This document shows positions 9,776 through 20,342 of a stretch of 64,000 nt of DNA, in pieces. The stretch comes from an uncultured Trueperaceae bacterium. GTDB taxonomy: Bacteria > Deinococcota > Deinococci > Deinococcales > Trueperaceae. The notes under the pieces were generated by a model, which did not search any database, was not told the DNA's origin, and saw only the letters and a list, made by a program, of their open reading frames with translations. Location of the stretch: assembly GCA_963799485.1 (NCBI GenBank), contig CAWCXJ010000013.1, positions 160,001 through 224,000 on the forward strand, written 5' to 3'. Position 1 is the stretch's first letter. Every line of letters starts with the position of its first letter. Position numbers and translations under genes: made by a program.

Positions 9776-11692
9776 GTGGACAGCCCCAACGTGGTGGTGC
9801 GTGAGGGGGAGACCCCTCCCACCTCTAGGTTTGCCCGTTTCGAGTCTGGATTTACCAGGGCCGTCGCGACGATTACGGCGCTTTTGCTGCTCGGTATCGT
9901 CGTCGTGATTACCTATCAGGTCGTGGCGCGCTACCAACCCTGGATACGGGTGCCGCGCTGGACTGAAGAGGTCAGCCTGATTCTGATGGTCTGGTTGTCG
10001 CTCATCGGCAGCGGTTTAGGACTTCGTGCGGGCGAACACCTGGCGATGGACGTCGTAGTCAGTCAGTTGCCTGCGCGATTTCAACAGCTTCTAAAAAACA
10101 TCATTTACGTCGCAGTGGCAGCGTTTGGCGTTTATCTTGCCTGGTACGGGTTTGAACTGGCGAGTAGAACCATGTCGCAGACGTTTGCCGCGTCGAAGTT
10201 GCCTATCGGACTGATGTACCTAGGAATCCCACTGGGTGGCGTGCTGGTGGCGTTTTATTCACTTCGCGCGATCTACTTCCCGCCGCCGACGCTAGGGGTG
10301 ACCACCGACATTCCCAGGAAAAACTGGCTCTTGCGTTTTGCGCTGCTGGGTATGGGCGTTGTGCTCGCGCTCGGAGCCTGGGCCATCTTCGGCGACGCGC
10401 TTTTCGGTTCGGTCGGCGTCTTGCTCGGCACCTTCACCTTTTTGCTGATCGTCGGGATGCCTATTGCTATCGCCGTCGGGCTTGCGAGTCTGGTGACGGT
10501 ATTGACTCTCGGCTTGCCCCCCCTGATCGTCGCGCAGCGGATGGCGAACGGCGTCAGCTCGACGCCGCTCTTGGCGATCCCGTTTTTTATCCTGGCGGGG
10601 CAGATCATGGCTGAAGGGGGCATCGCGCAGCGCCTGGTAAACTTTGCGCGGGTGATCGTCGGGCCGATTCCCGGCGGCTTGGCGATGGTCAACATCGTGT
10701 CGTCGATGCTCTTTGGCGGCACCTCGGGTTCGGCGGTTGCCGATGTCAGCGCCAACGGTACCATCCTTATTCCGATGATGAAAAAACAGGGGTATGGTGC
10801 GGACTTCAGCACCGCGATTACCGTGGCGAGTTCTGTCCAGGGCATTATCATTCCGCCGAGTCACAACGCGGTGATCTACTCGCTAGCAGCAGGTGGCGTG
10901 TCGATCGGGGCGCTTTTTTTAGGTGGCTACCTGCCCGGCATTATGATCGGCCTGGCGCTTATGGTGGCGTCTTACTTTTTAGCCAAACAGCGTCACTACC
11001 CGTCCGAACCCAGACCGGCCTTTAACGAAAGTCTACGCACGACGGTCGCCGCAGTGCCCGGTCTCGGGGTCGGATTTATCATCGTCGGCGGGATTGCATT
11101 TGGCTTTTTTACGGCGACCGAGGCCGCCGCCATCGGCGCGGTAACGGCGTTTTTAGTCTCGACGCTGATCTACCGCGAACTGCCGCTTAGCAAGTTGTGG
11201 ACTGCGACGCTGGCGTCGGTACGGACGATCTCGGTCGTGATCTTTTTGATCGCCACGGCGAGCGCGTTTGCCTGGCTGATGGCGTACTTGCGCATTCCCG
11301 AGGCGCTGGCTGCGGGTATTTTGGACCTGACGCAAAACCGCATTTTGATGCTGCTACTCATCAACGTCTTGCTGCTTCTGCTCGGCGCGGTCATGGATAT
11401 GGCCCCGCTCATCCTGATCTTGACGCCCGTGCTGCTACCTATCGTCGCCGCCGACCCCATCAACATGTCGCCCGTTCACTTCGGCATCATGCTGCTCCTG
11501 AACCTCGGCCTCGGACTGACGACGCCGCCGGTAGGTTCGGCGCTCTTTGTCGGGTGTGCAATTGGCAAGGTTCGGCTCGAGGAAGCGAGTAAAGCGATGC
11601 TCTACCTCTGGCCCGCGATGTTTACCGTGCTGATGCTCGTAACCTTTTTTCCCTGGTTCGTCAACGTGGTGCCGAACCTTTTTGGCGCGTAG
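9776..11692 (+). CDS. Fused TRAP small and large permease (DctQ-DctM)
   Basis: N-terminal 4-TM WTEE DctQ part followed by DctM motifs LLAIPFFILAG, SGSAVAD, IIPPSH, TPPVG. Confidence 0.9.
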   Translation: MDSPNVVVREGETPPTSRFARFESGFTRAVATITALLLLGIVVVITYQVVARYQPWIRVPRWTEEVSLILMVWLSLIGSGLGLRAGEHLAMDVVVSQLPARFQQLLKNIIYVAVAAFGVYLAWYGFELASRTMSQTFAASKLPIGLMYLGIPLGGVLVAFYSLRAIYFPPPTLGVTTDIPRKNWLLRFALLGMGVVLALGAWAIFGDALFGSVGVLLGTFTFLLIVGMPIAIAVGLASLVTVLTLGLPPLIVAQRMANGVSSTPLLAIPFFILAGQIMAEGGIAQRLVNFARVIVGPIPGGLAMVNIVSSMLFGGTSGSAVADVSANGTILIPMMKKQGYGADFSTAITVASSVQGIIIPPSHNAVIYSLAAGGVSIGALFLGGYLPGIMIGLALMVASYFLAKQRHYPSEPRPAFNESLRTTVAAVPGLGVGFIIVGGIAFGFFTATEAAAIGAVTAFLVSTLIYRELPLSKLWTATLASVRTISVVIFLIATASAFAWLMAYLRIPEALAAGILDLTQNRILMLLLINVLLLLLGAVMDMAPLILILTPVLLPIVAADPINMSPVHFGIMLLLNLGLGLTTPPVGSALFVGCAIGKVRLEEASKAMLYLWPAMFTVLMLVTFFPWFVNVVPNLFGA

Positions 11693-11840
11693 GCCGTGCC
11701 CGCCGGTACTGCTACGAGCCAAGGAACTTCCGGGCAGGCTTGAGCTTGAATTAAACGCAGCCAAGGATGAATGCTGTTTAAGGCGTTCGTTTTATGTGTA
11801 GAGCGAAGCTGTTACGGTAGGAGAAAAGTGAGGTGAAACG

Positions 11841-12848
11841 GTGAGCATTAAAGTTGGCGTTATCGGGGTGGGTACTGCCGGCGGGTGGTACGCCGAGATT
11901 GTGCGGAACTTGCCGAATACGGAACTGGCTGCGGCGCTCCGAAGTCCGGGGGGCGATACGGTGGCAATACAGGACGCTTGGGGCGTACCGTGCTTCGAGG
12001 CGCTAAGCGACTTTTTGGACTTAGGTTTAGACGCCGTAATCGTGGCTACTCCGAGCGGGCAGCACTTTGCACAGGCCAAGGCCGCGCTCAGGGCCGGACT
12101 TCACGTGCTGATAGAAAAACCGCTTTGCCTCGAGGTTGGTGAAGCGCAAAAGCTTATCACCCTGGCCTCCAAAGAAAACCTGCGTCTGGGCGTCACCTTT
12201 CAGCGCCGCGCCGACCCGCTTTTTCTCGCCGTAAAAGCGGCGGTTGCCGGCGGCGCGCTCGGTAAACCGGTGCTGCTAAACATCACCATGCCGTACTACC
12301 GCACAGCGGACTATTACGCGTCGGCGGCGTGGCGCGGCACATTTTCTGAAGATGGCGGCGGCGTGCTGATGAACCAGGGCATCCATCTCGTCGACCTCGC
12401 CGTGTGGCTTTTCGGGACGGTGCGGCGGGTGAGCGCGTTTGCCGCGACGCGGTTGCACAGTATCGAAGTCGAAGACACGATAAGTATTACCCTCGAGTTC
12501 TCTTCAGGCGCGCTCGGCAGTGTTGCGGGTACGACAGCCAGCCCACCGGGGGTGACGCACAGCGTAGAGGTTTGCGGAACGCAGGGTTCGCTGCGGCTCG
12601 CGGATGAACGGGTGGTGCGCTGGGACGTACCGGGACGCGCCCGACCGGAAGGGGGCGGGGGAGACGGTGCGGCCTCCGACCCGCGCGCGACCTCGGCGGC
12701 AAACCACGCGCGCATCGTTGCGGATTTTGTCACGGCGGTGGAAACGGGAGGCTCACCATGCGTTACCGGCGAAGATGCGCTCCTGAGCTTGAAAGTGGTC
12801 AAAGCGGCGTACACTTCGGCGCGGGCGGGGCGCGCGGTTGAGCTTTAG
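11841..12848 (+). CDS. Gfo/Idh/MocA family oxidoreductase
   Basis: GVIGVG, ATPSGQH, HVLIEKP, GGGVLMNQGIH.VD. Confidence 0.92.
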   Translation: MSIKVGVIGVGTAGGWYAEIVRNLPNTELAAALRSPGGDTVAIQDAWGVPCFEALSDFLDLGLDAVIVATPSGQHFAQAKAALRAGLHVLIEKPLCLEVGEAQKLITLASKENLRLGVTFQRRADPLFLAVKAAVAGGALGKPVLLNITMPYYRTADYYASAAWRGTFSEDGGGVLMNQGIHLVDLAVWLFGTVRRVSAFAATRLHSIEVEDTISITLEFSSGALGSVAGTTASPPGVTHSVEVCGTQGSLRLADERVVRWDVPGRARPEGGGGDGAASDPRATSAANHARIVADFVTAVETGGSPCVTGEDALLSLKVVKAAYTSARAGRAVEL

Positions 12849-12912
12849 ACGAGTGAGCTTTATGACGAGCAAGCTTTAGACAGGTGGGTTTTAGAACGTC
12901 AACCAGCAGCCG

Positions 12913-13818
12913 ATGCTGAACATCAGCCTCGAGGTCGTCTTGCCGGTCTTTTTGCTGATTGCAGTAGGGGCGCTCCTCGGGCGCACCGTCCAGCCGGAAC
13001 TCAGAACTCTCAACCGGACGGCGCTCTACGCTGCGGTTCCGGCGCTCGTCTTTTCGTCGCTGGCAAGAGCTGAGCTGAGCGCGGCAAGTCTTGGCGTACT
13101 CATCGGCGGGCAGCTTGCGATTGTCACCACCATGGCGCTCCTGAGTTACGGGTGCTCGAGCCTCGTTTTCGGCAGTAACAGTGCCGCCTCGCGGCGGGGC
13201 TTTGTCGCGACGAGCGTGTTTAGCAACAGCGCCAACATGATGCTGCCGGTGGCCCTGTTCGGTTTCGGTGAAGCGGGTCTCGAGCGGGCGCTGATCCTCT
13301 TTGTCCTCTCTTCGGTGCTGCTGTTTACGCTGGGACCACTTGTCCTCGCCGGACGTGGGGCGGGGCAGAAGCGCGTGCTGCTGTCTGTGTTAAAGCTGCC
13401 GGTATTGTGGGCGGCGCTGTTTGGCGTCGGCTTTAACCTGCTCGGCTGGACGCTGCCGACGGGCGTGATGCGCGGCGCGGAGATTCTCGGTAGCGCGGCT
13501 GTCCCGCTCGTTCTCTTAACGCTCGGGGTGCAGATCCAAAGGGGCGGCAAGCTCGCGCCGACCCGTGTGAACTGGCTGGCGGCAGGGTTCAAGCTCGGTT
13601 TGGGGCCGGTCGTAGGTCACAGCGTCGGCTGGCTGGTGGGTGCGCGGGGGCTCGACCTCGCGGTACTGACGCTGCTCGCGGCGATGCCCCCGGCTATCAA
13701 CACCTTTATGCTGGCGCTCGAGTTCGGGGGCGACGCCGAGGAGGTGGCCCGCACGGTGACGCTCTCGACGTTCGGCGCACTCTTCTCCCTGACGCTGGTC
13801 GTGTGGCTGCTCCAGTAA
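12913..13818 (+). CDS. AEC (auxin efflux carrier/membrane transport protein) family transporter
   Basis: About 10 TM helices, PALVFSSL, FSNSANMMLP, AMPPAIN. Confidence 0.85.
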   Translation: MLNISLEVVLPVFLLIAVGALLGRTVQPELRTLNRTALYAAVPALVFSSLARAELSAASLGVLIGGQLAIVTTMALLSYGCSSLVFGSNSAASRRGFVATSVFSNSANMMLPVALFGFGEAGLERALILFVLSSVLLFTLGPLVLAGRGAGQKRVLLSVLKLPVLWAALFGVGFNLLGWTLPTGVMRGAEILGSAAVPLVLLTLGVQIQRGGKLAPTRVNWLAAGFKLGLGPVVGHSVGWLVGARGLDLAVLTLLAAMPPAINTFMLALEFGGDAEEVARTVTLSTFGALFSLTLVVWLLQ

Positions 13819-13831
13819 TTGACACCGACTT

Positions 13832-14923
13832 TTAACCCGGCGGCGTCATCTCTGCCGTACGGCTACTGTCGGCCTGTTCCTGAGCCACGAGACAAAGCTC
13901 TGCCGCCTTGAAAGCATGTTCCTGGGTCATGGCGTTTTCGGTGCGGTTCAGACAGTCCAAAATGAGCTGCCCGAAAAAGGGGTAGCCAACTTTACCGTTT
14001 AGCTCCAGGCGCGTTTCACCCTCGTGATTGACGAGGTAAAGCTGGTCGCCCTGTTTGTCTCTGGCAATATCCACGTACTTACGCAGCTCGAGATACCCCT
14101 TCGTGCCCAAAATAAGAGTGCGCCCGTCGCCCCAGGTGGAGAGGCCGCCCGGGGTAAACCAGTCCACCCGGAAGTAATTTGACGCGCCGCCCTCTGCGAG
14201 CAAGTTGGCTTCGCCGAAACTCTCGAGTTCCGGATACGCGGGGTGATAATTTGCGGCGCGCGCGTAGCTGACGCGGGCGTCTTTTGCGCCGCTGTAAAAG
14301 AGAAACTGCTCGATCTGGTGACTGCCGATGTCGCACAAGATGCCGCCGTACTTGGCCCGCTCAAAAAACCAGTCGGGCCGAGACGGGGCGTTCAGGCGGT
14401 GCGGGCCCAAACCCAACACCTGAACGACCTCACCGATAACCCCGTCTTTAACGAGTTCTCCGGCGTAAACGGCGCACTCGACGTGGAGACGCTCGCTGTA
14501 GTAGACCAGATACTTCCGGCCTGTCGCTGCGACCTGCTTTTTGGCGGCCTCGAGCTGTGCGCGCGCCGTAAAAGGCGCTTTGTCCGTAAAGTAATCCTTG
14601 CCCGCCGCCATCACCTCGAGACCCAACGGGCCACGGTCACAGGGAATCGCCGCCGCCGCCACGAGTTTGAGCTTGGGGTCGCCCAACACTTCGTTTATGT
14701 CCCTGGCGACCTTTACGCCGGGAAACTTTCTCTTAAAGGCGTCCACCTTAGCCGGGTCGGGGTCGTAAACCCGGCGCAGCTCGCCCCCGGCCTCGAGAAG
14801 GCCGTTACACATACCGTAAATGTGACCGTGGTCTAGGGCGACCGCCGCAAACGGAAACTCACCCGGTGCGACGACCGGTTCGGGTTTGCCTGTCGGCGCA
14901 TAGTTCATGCCGTCGTTACTCAT
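13832..14923 (-). CDS. Gfo/Idh/MocA family oxidoreductase
   Basis: DHGHIYG, DYFTDK, GGILCDIGSHQIEQ; start ATG 14923 after AAGGAG. Confidence 0.9.
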   Translation of the reverse strand: MSNDGMNYAPTGKPEPVVAPGEFPFAAVALDHGHIYGMCNGLLEAGGELRRVYDPDPAKVDAFKRKFPGVKVARDINEVLGDPKLKLVAAAAIPCDRGPLGLEVMAAGKDYFTDKAPFTARAQLEAAKKQVAATGRKYLVYYSERLHVECAVYAGELVKDGVIGEVVQVLGLGPHRLNAPSRPDWFFERAKYGGILCDIGSHQIEQFLFYSGAKDARVSYARAANYHPAYPELESFGEANLLAEGGASNYFRVDWFTPGGLSTWGDGRTLILGTKGYLELRKYVDIARDKQGDQLYLVNHEGETRLELNGKVGYPFFGQLILDCLNRTENAMTQEHAFKAAELCLVAQEQADSSRTAEMTPPG

Positions 14924-15070
14924 AAAACTCCTTTTACGGGCGAACCTCAAAGCCAGAATGCAGAACACACGAGGGAGAATATTATTCTCAATTCTTCATG
15001 CTCCCTTCTATATCCTTCCCGAAATCACAGAAGGCTCAAAACAACAAAAACGTGCATAACAGTTGAGCCA

Positions 15071-16165
15071 CTAGACCGGCTGCCCCGCTTTGAGTTTCTC
15101 CAGCAGCGCCCTGTACCGTGCTCTGTCCAGCGGAAGTTCGACCTCACGACGCGTGTAACTCGACAAAATCATGGCGTTGGCTAACTCCAAAGACGTGCGC
15201 CCTGCCACGCCGTCACAGACGAGCGGAGTCCCCTCGAGGATTGCCCGGTGCAAGTTGCGGTAGATTTCAAGATGGTTCCCCTGACTCTCAGCGGTTTGAA
15301 GCGTGACCGGCAGCCTTTCGGGTTGACCGAACCGTTCGGGTGAGGTCTCGCTGTAGTGCGCGAAATCGGGTTCAAAGCGCGTCACCTCCACCTGCTCTCC
15401 AATCCGCATGACGCCGCCTGTACCGACGAGTTCGATGCGGTCGTCCCGGCCTCCTTCGGCGGTGCTGATATGAAACGAACCGAGCGTACCGTCTTGCCAC
15501 TCGAGCATGGCCTGCACCGTGTCTTCGGTTTCGGTTGCGTGTAACAGATTGCGCGTCCAGGCTAAGGTGCGCTTGGGTGAACCCATAAAGTAACCCAGCA
15601 AATCGAGGTCGTGCGGTGCCTGGTTGAGCAGCACGCCGCCGCCCTCACCCTGCCAGGTGGCCCGCCAGGTTGCCGAGCGGTAGTAGGCTTTCGTGCGCGG
15701 CCACGCTTTGGTGATGTCGATGTGCTGTACCCGTCCGAGTCCGCCTTCATCTATGTAGCGTTTGGCGGCGAGCACCTCGCTGCGGAGGCGCTGCTGGAAG
15801 TTGACGGCGAGCAGGCGACCGGCCCGTTCCGCCGCGTCAATCATCGCGTCCGCCTCGCGCACCTCGACCGCCATCGGCTTCTCGACCAGCACGTGAGCGC
15901 CGGCCTCCAAGCAGGCGATTGTCAGCTCGGCGTGAAAGGGGTGCGGCGTGAGGACTACGGCGACCTCCGGCTGCGTTTCCGCGAGCATCTCTTTGTAGTC
16001 GGCGTAAAACGCACAGCCCAGTTCATCGGCCCGCGCCTTACCAAGCTCGAGACCAAGATCGGAAACGGCGACGAGTTCGGTCGTGGGCAGCTCGAGTCCG
16101 GCACGGTGCATGTGAAAGACGCCCGCCCCGACGCCGAGGACGACGTGCCGCAGCGCGCGGGTCAC
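15071..16165 (-). CDS. Gfo/Idh/MocA family oxidoreductase
   Basis: LGVGAG, TPHPFH, HVLVEKP, GGGVLLNQAPHDLD. Confidence 0.92.
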   Translation of the reverse strand: MTRALRHVVLGVGAGVFHMHRAGLELPTTELVAVSDLGLELGKARADELGCAFYADYKEMLAETQPEVAVVLTPHPFHAELTIACLEAGAHVLVEKPMAVEVREADAMIDAAERAGRLLAVNFQQRLRSEVLAAKRYIDEGGLGRVQHIDITKAWPRTKAYYRSATWRATWQGEGGGVLLNQAPHDLDLLGYFMGSPKRTLAWTRNLLHATETEDTVQAMLEWQDGTLGSFHISTAEGGRDDRIELVGTGGVMRIGEQVEVTRFEPDFAHYSETSPERFGQPERLPVTLQTAESQGNHLEIYRNLHRAILEGTPLVCDGVAGRTSLELANAMILSSYTRREVELPLDRARYRALLEKLKAGQPV

Positions 16166-16350
16166 GCGCCCACCTGCTCGCGCACGAGCTGTTGGACAAA
16201 AGCGTGGTTGTGCTCCAGCGCCGTGCGGCTTTCTCTCGCTTCGCTAAAGTCTTCGACCGACCAGCCGCCATAGCCCGTATCTCTAAGTGCCCACGCCGCC
16301 TCTTCCGGGGTCAAGTCGGGGAGCATGACCGTAAAAACAGCTGACTTCAC
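16162..16350 (-). pseudogene. Internally deleted sugar-phosphate isomerase/epimerase (xylose isomerase-like TIM barrel) remnant
   Basis: The 62-aa ORF joins a family-like N-terminus (VFTVMLPDLTPEEAA..L...GY) directly to a family-like C-terminus (GY.GW.SVEDFS); its stop overlaps the next GTG. Confidence 0.65.
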
Positions 16351-16429
16351 CTGTTACCTCGTTCATTGCACTGATTACGGCAACATGTTGATGTGTGCCG
16401 TTGGTGAAACGTCACCAGAACCTCGCTCG

Positions 16430-17809
16430 TTATTTTGTCAAGGTGGCTTCGGCGTGCGTTTCTTTGGCCTGTGTCTCTTTGGCCTGCGTTTCTTTGACCT
16501 GTGTCAAGGGAAAGAGCTCGTCTATGTTTACCAGCTGCCCGCTCGCCATAGAACGGTTGGCGGCGACGCCCACCAGTACCGAAGCAGCTCCGTCTACGTG
16601 CGAGGCGGCGCGGTCAAAAGGATCGGGCGGCGGCGCGGGTGAAAAGAGCTGCTCGAGCATCACCGGATCGGCCCCGCCGTGGCCTCCTTCACCTACCGGC
16701 ACATCAATATCCTCCGCTTGACCGAACATCGGGTAGAAGCGCAGTTCAGCTTGTTTATAGGCACCTTTGCTCGCCCCGGCGTCGCCCGTAGCTTGCACCT
16801 GCCCGTCCCCCGTGAGGTGGTTGATGCTTTCGGTGATGTAGAGCTCGAGCCGCCCCTTGGTACCGGTCACGGCTACGTGCAGACCTTCCCAGGGCGAATA
16901 GGTGACGAGGTGATACGAGAGCAGCGCGCCGCTGTGATAGCGCACCGACACGTTCATGGTGTCTTCGATGCTGATGGCGTCGCCGAAGACGTTGCGGTCG
17001 CGCAGGTAGCCGGTCTCGGCCTCGGCGTTTAGATACAATCCCTCAAGCACGGATTTGGAGCGCAGGTCGAGCGCGAAGGGGTCGTTCTCAGCCTCGGGGA
17101 CACCGGTGTAGCGTTCGTAAGCGTAGTGTTCGCCCCTCGCCTCAGCGTTCTCCCGCCCGTAAAAGAGCAGGTCGCCCATCGCCATCACCTGTTTGGGATA
17201 CGAGTCAAGCCACCAGTTCACCAGGTCGAAGTGATGCGTGGCCTTATGAACGAGCAGGCCGCCGCTGTTTTCTTTTTCGCGGTGCCAGCGCCGGAAGTAG
17301 TCCGCGCCGTGACTCGTGTCGAGCAACCAGGAAAAGTCCACCGAGAGAGGTTTACCGACCGCTCCGCCCCGCAGAAGCTCGCGGAAACGGGTAAACGCGG
17401 GTGAGTAGCGGTAGTTGAAGGTGACGCGCAAGTTCTTGCCGGTACGTTCTGTCGCCTCAAAAATCGCCTTCATTTTGGGAATGTCGGTGGTCATGGGCTT
17501 TTCGCTGATTACGTCGCAGCCGAGTTCCAGCGCCCGGATGATGTAGAGGTGGTGGTCGCGGTCTGTGGTGGTCACGATGACCGTGTCGGGCCGGGTGTCG
17601 GCGACCAGCTGGTCGAACTGCGCGGCGGGATAGCTGGGCAGTGTAGGCGCGCCCAGCGCCTCAAGCCTGGTTTTGTACCAGTTCATCCGGGTTTGGCTGA
17701 GGTCGCACAGGGCGACCACTTCACCCACCTCGCGGTAGGTGGTGGCTAAAGCCTCCAAAAACATCCCGGCGCGTGAGCCGGTTCCGACTAAAGCGTAACG
17801 TTTAGGCAT
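16430..17809 (-). CDS. Gfo/Idh/MocA oxidoreductase (YteT-like)
   Basis: [48 protein letters not shown]. Confidence 0.92.
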   Translation of the reverse strand: MPKRYALVGTGSRAGMFLEALATTYREVGEVVALCDLSQTRMNWYKTRLEALGAPTLPSYPAAQFDQLVADTRPDTVIVTTTDRDHHLYIIRALELGCDVISEKPMTTDIPKMKAIFEATERTGKNLRVTFNYRYSPAFTRFRELLRGGAVGKPLSVDFSWLLDTSHGADYFRRWHREKENSGGLLVHKATHHFDLVNWWLDSYPKQVMAMGDLLFYGRENAEARGEHYAYERYTGVPEAENDPFALDLRSKSVLEGLYLNAEAETGYLRDRNVFGDAISIEDTMNVSVRYHSGALLSYHLVTYSPWEGLHVAVTGTKGRLELYITESINHLTGDGQVQATGDAGASKGAYKQAELRFYPMFGQAEDIDVPVGEGGHGGADPVMLEQLFSPAPPPDPFDRAASHVDGAASVLVGVAANRSMASGQLVNIDELFPLTQVKETQAKETQAKETHAEATLTK

Positions 17810-17817
17810 AAAGTCCC

Positions 17818-18444
17818 CTAAAGTTCAAAACGGTGCAGCACCCGCCGGGTTCCGTAACAGGCGACGAAAGCGAGCGCCGACACGCTAAAGAGCAGCGGTA
17901 CGGCTTTGGGTAAAAACAGGCTCGAGCCTACGACAGCGGCGCAGGCCGCCAAGCTTAGCAGCGCAGGCACCGGGTGGAGAAAGAGCAGCTTAAGGGCGGT
18001 TCGCCAGAGGTGGGTGAGCGGTTCCTCGAGCCTGACCAGCAGAGGCCATAAGTACATATTTAGTGCGGCGAGCGTTACAAGCACGCCGATGCTCAGGCCG
18101 CGCGCCATGATTAGCAGCGGGTTGGCATCGGCCTGCAAAGTTATCAACAGGTTGAAAACCAGCGGCGCGGCGATGAGCAGCTCGGTAAGCACAATGAGTG
18201 TCGCCCGCAGACCGTGCTTGCGAAAACCCCTAAAAAAGACGCTGAAGGGCTCGGGGCGCGAGCCCCCGACCCACTGACTCATCACCGCGACGAGTCCGGC
18301 GGTAGCGGCAGGCAGGGTTACGAGGGGCAGCGAGACGAAAACCCACAGCAGGTTGGCGAGGATAAAGGCGGCCCAGGCCTGGAGATGCTCGAGTACCTCC
18401 TGGTAATCTTGCCGAAAATCCTGTGCCGGACGTTGCGCGCTCAC
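17818..18444 (-). CDS. DUF624/YesL family membrane protein
   Basis: [21 protein letters not shown] motif; GTG overlaps the permease stop. Confidence 0.8.
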   Translation of the reverse strand: MSAQRPAQDFRQDYQEVLEHLQAWAAFILANLLWVFVSLPLVTLPAATAGLVAVMSQWVGGSRPEPFSVFFRGFRKHGLRATLIVLTELLIAAPLVFNLLITLQADANPLLIMARGLSIGVLVTLAALNMYLWPLLVRLEEPLTHLWRTALKLLFLHPVPALLSLAACAAVVGSSLFLPKAVPLLFSVSALAFVACYGTRRVLHRFEL

Positions 18445-19328
18445 TTCAGCCCGCTCGTAGCGATACCTTCGACGATGTAGCGCTGGAAAAACACGAAGAT
18501 GAGAAAAACCGGTACCAGCGACAACGCCAGCATGGCAAACACCGCGCCCCAGTTCGTTACGCTGCCGGGGTCGGAAAACGAGCGCAGCGCCACCGAGACG
18601 GTGTACATACGGGGGTCGGTAAGGTAGACGAGCGGTTCTAAAAACTCTTCCCACAGCCAGTAAAACGAAAAGATGGCGCAGGTAATCAGCGCAGGCGTAA
18701 GCTGCGGCAAAATCACCCGGCTAAAGAGCGTAAACTGCGAGGCACCGTCGATGAGCGCAGCCTCGTCGAGTTCTTTGGGAATACCGCGGATGAACTGGAC
18801 GATCAGCAAGATGAAAAAGACCGAACCGGCCAGCTTGGGCAGGAGCAGCGGGTAAAAGGTGTTGAGCCAACCCAGTTGGCTGAAGATGATGTACTGGGGG
18901 ATAAGTAGCACCTGTTCGGGCAGCATGATCGTCAGCAGCATCAGGGCGAACCAGAAGCTCTTGCCCCAAAAGCGGACGCGTGCAAACCCGTAAGCGACCA
19001 GGGCGGAGGCGACCACCGAGATAAGCGTACCGAACCCCGCGTAGATAAACGAGTTTTTGTAGAAGGTCGCAAAGGTGATGCCGCCGAAGCCGCGCCAGCC
19101 TTGCAGGTAGTTCTCGGGGTGCCAGACCGGGGGGATGAGTGAGGAGACGTTCGTCCAGATATCGCTCGGCCCCTTGAAAGAGCTGGCAAAAAGCCAGAAC
19201 ACCGGGTAGAGCATCAGCAAGCCGAACAGACCGACGCCCACGTGGTAAAACGCGCTGTTCCAGGTTTTTTTGCGCTTTTTGTCGCGCCCCTGGGCAGCCG
19301 CAGCGGGCGGGCCGGAAACGGTAGCCAC
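18441..19328 (-). CDS. Carbohydrate ABC transporter permease (MalG/YesQ-like)
   Basis: EAA loop IPKELDEAALIDGA, 6 TM helices. Confidence 0.93.
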   Translation of the reverse strand: MATVSGPPAAAAQGRDKKRKKTWNSAFYHVGVGLFGLLMLYPVFWLFASSFKGPSDIWTNVSSLIPPVWHPENYLQGWRGFGGITFATFYKNSFIYAGFGTLISVVASALVAYGFARVRFWGKSFWFALMLLTIMLPEQVLLIPQYIIFSQLGWLNTFYPLLLPKLAGSVFFILLIVQFIRGIPKELDEAALIDGASQFTLFSRVILPQLTPALITCAIFSFYWLWEEFLEPLVYLTDPRMYTVSVALRSFSDPGSVTNWGAVFAMLALSLVPVFLIFVFFQRYIVEGIATSGLK

Positions 19329-20288
19329 TATTTCACCTCGGTTTCGTAATAGACCCAGTACGAGGACAGTTTGAAGCTGATTGCCGTCAAGACGCCGATA
19401 ACGATGAGCATGATCCAGGCCATCGCAGCGGCGTAACCCATTTCAAAAGAGACGAAAGCCCGCTGGTAGAGGTAGAGCGAGTAAAAGAGTGTGGTGTCTA
19501 AAGGCGCGCCCCCCGTGACTAAAAAGGCTTGGGTAAAGACCTTGAAACCGGCGATCATCTGCATGATCAGGTTAAAAAAGATGATGGGCGTCAGCAGCGG
19601 CAGGGTGATGCGGAGAAACTTGGCCCAGTAGTGTGCCCCGTCTATCGCCGACGCCTCATAAAGCTCGTTGGGGATCTGCCGTAAACCTGCCAAAAACACC
19701 AGCATCGGTGAGCCGAACTGCCAGACAGCCAGGACGATCAGCGTCCAGATCGCCGTGTCGGGATTGCCGAGCCAGTTGACGGTGGGCAGTCCCAAGGAGG
19801 CGGTTACCGCGTTTACGACCCCTTGGCTGCCGAAGAGTTGCCGCCACATAATCGCCACTGCGACGCTCGCCCCGATAACTGAAGGCACGTAGTAGGCCGC
19901 GCGGTACCAGTAGACGCCGCGCCGTTTGGTGTTAAGCAGCATGGCGACGGCGAGCGCAAAAACGAGGCGCAGCGGCACGGCGAGAGCCACGTACTTAAAG
20001 GTCGCCTCTACCGAGTTCCAGTAGCGAATATCTTGGGTAAACATGCGCTCGAAATTGTCCCAGACCGATAAAGTTCCAGCCGCCCAGCACGTCGTAGTCG
20101 GTGAAGGCCAGAAATAGCGAAATCGCGATGGGAATAAAACCAAACAAAAAGAAACCGATAAGCCACGGCGAAATAAACAGATAACCGGCGAGGTTGTTGC
20201 GCCCGAAGTCTCTCGACTTTCTTCCCTTGCGCGGCGTATCTGCGGGTGTTTGGCTCGGAAATGCCGACTTGACGGGAGCTTTACTCAT
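19328..20288 (-). pseudogene. Carbohydrate ABC permease (MalF/YesP-like) with a +1 frameshift near 20059-20061
   Basis: The N-terminal ORF (GYLFISPWLIGF...WNFIGL) and the C-terminal ORF (DNFERMF...LYEASAIDGA) join if one G is removed from CTGGGAC. Confidence 0.85.
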
Positions 20289-20308
20289 GGGTTCGCCTCA
20301 CTTACCGG

Positions 20309-20332
20309 GACGGGTGGCGAGAGCCACCCGTC
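20309..20332 (-). other. Intercistronic stem-loop after the SBP gene
   Basis: GACGGGTGGC-GAGA-GCCACCCGTC, perfect 10-bp stem. Confidence 0.7.
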
Positions 20333-20342
20333 GCCGGACACG

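Noticed and set aside
9776..11692. DctQ-DctM fusion (and the OppC-OppD fusion) as novelties
   Set aside because: Both fusion types are already known in TRAP and Opp transporters
14924..15070. AT-rich spacer between oxidoreductases as a bridge ORF or mobile remnant
   Set aside because: Only very short ORFs, the downstream gene has its own RBS, and no terminal repeats
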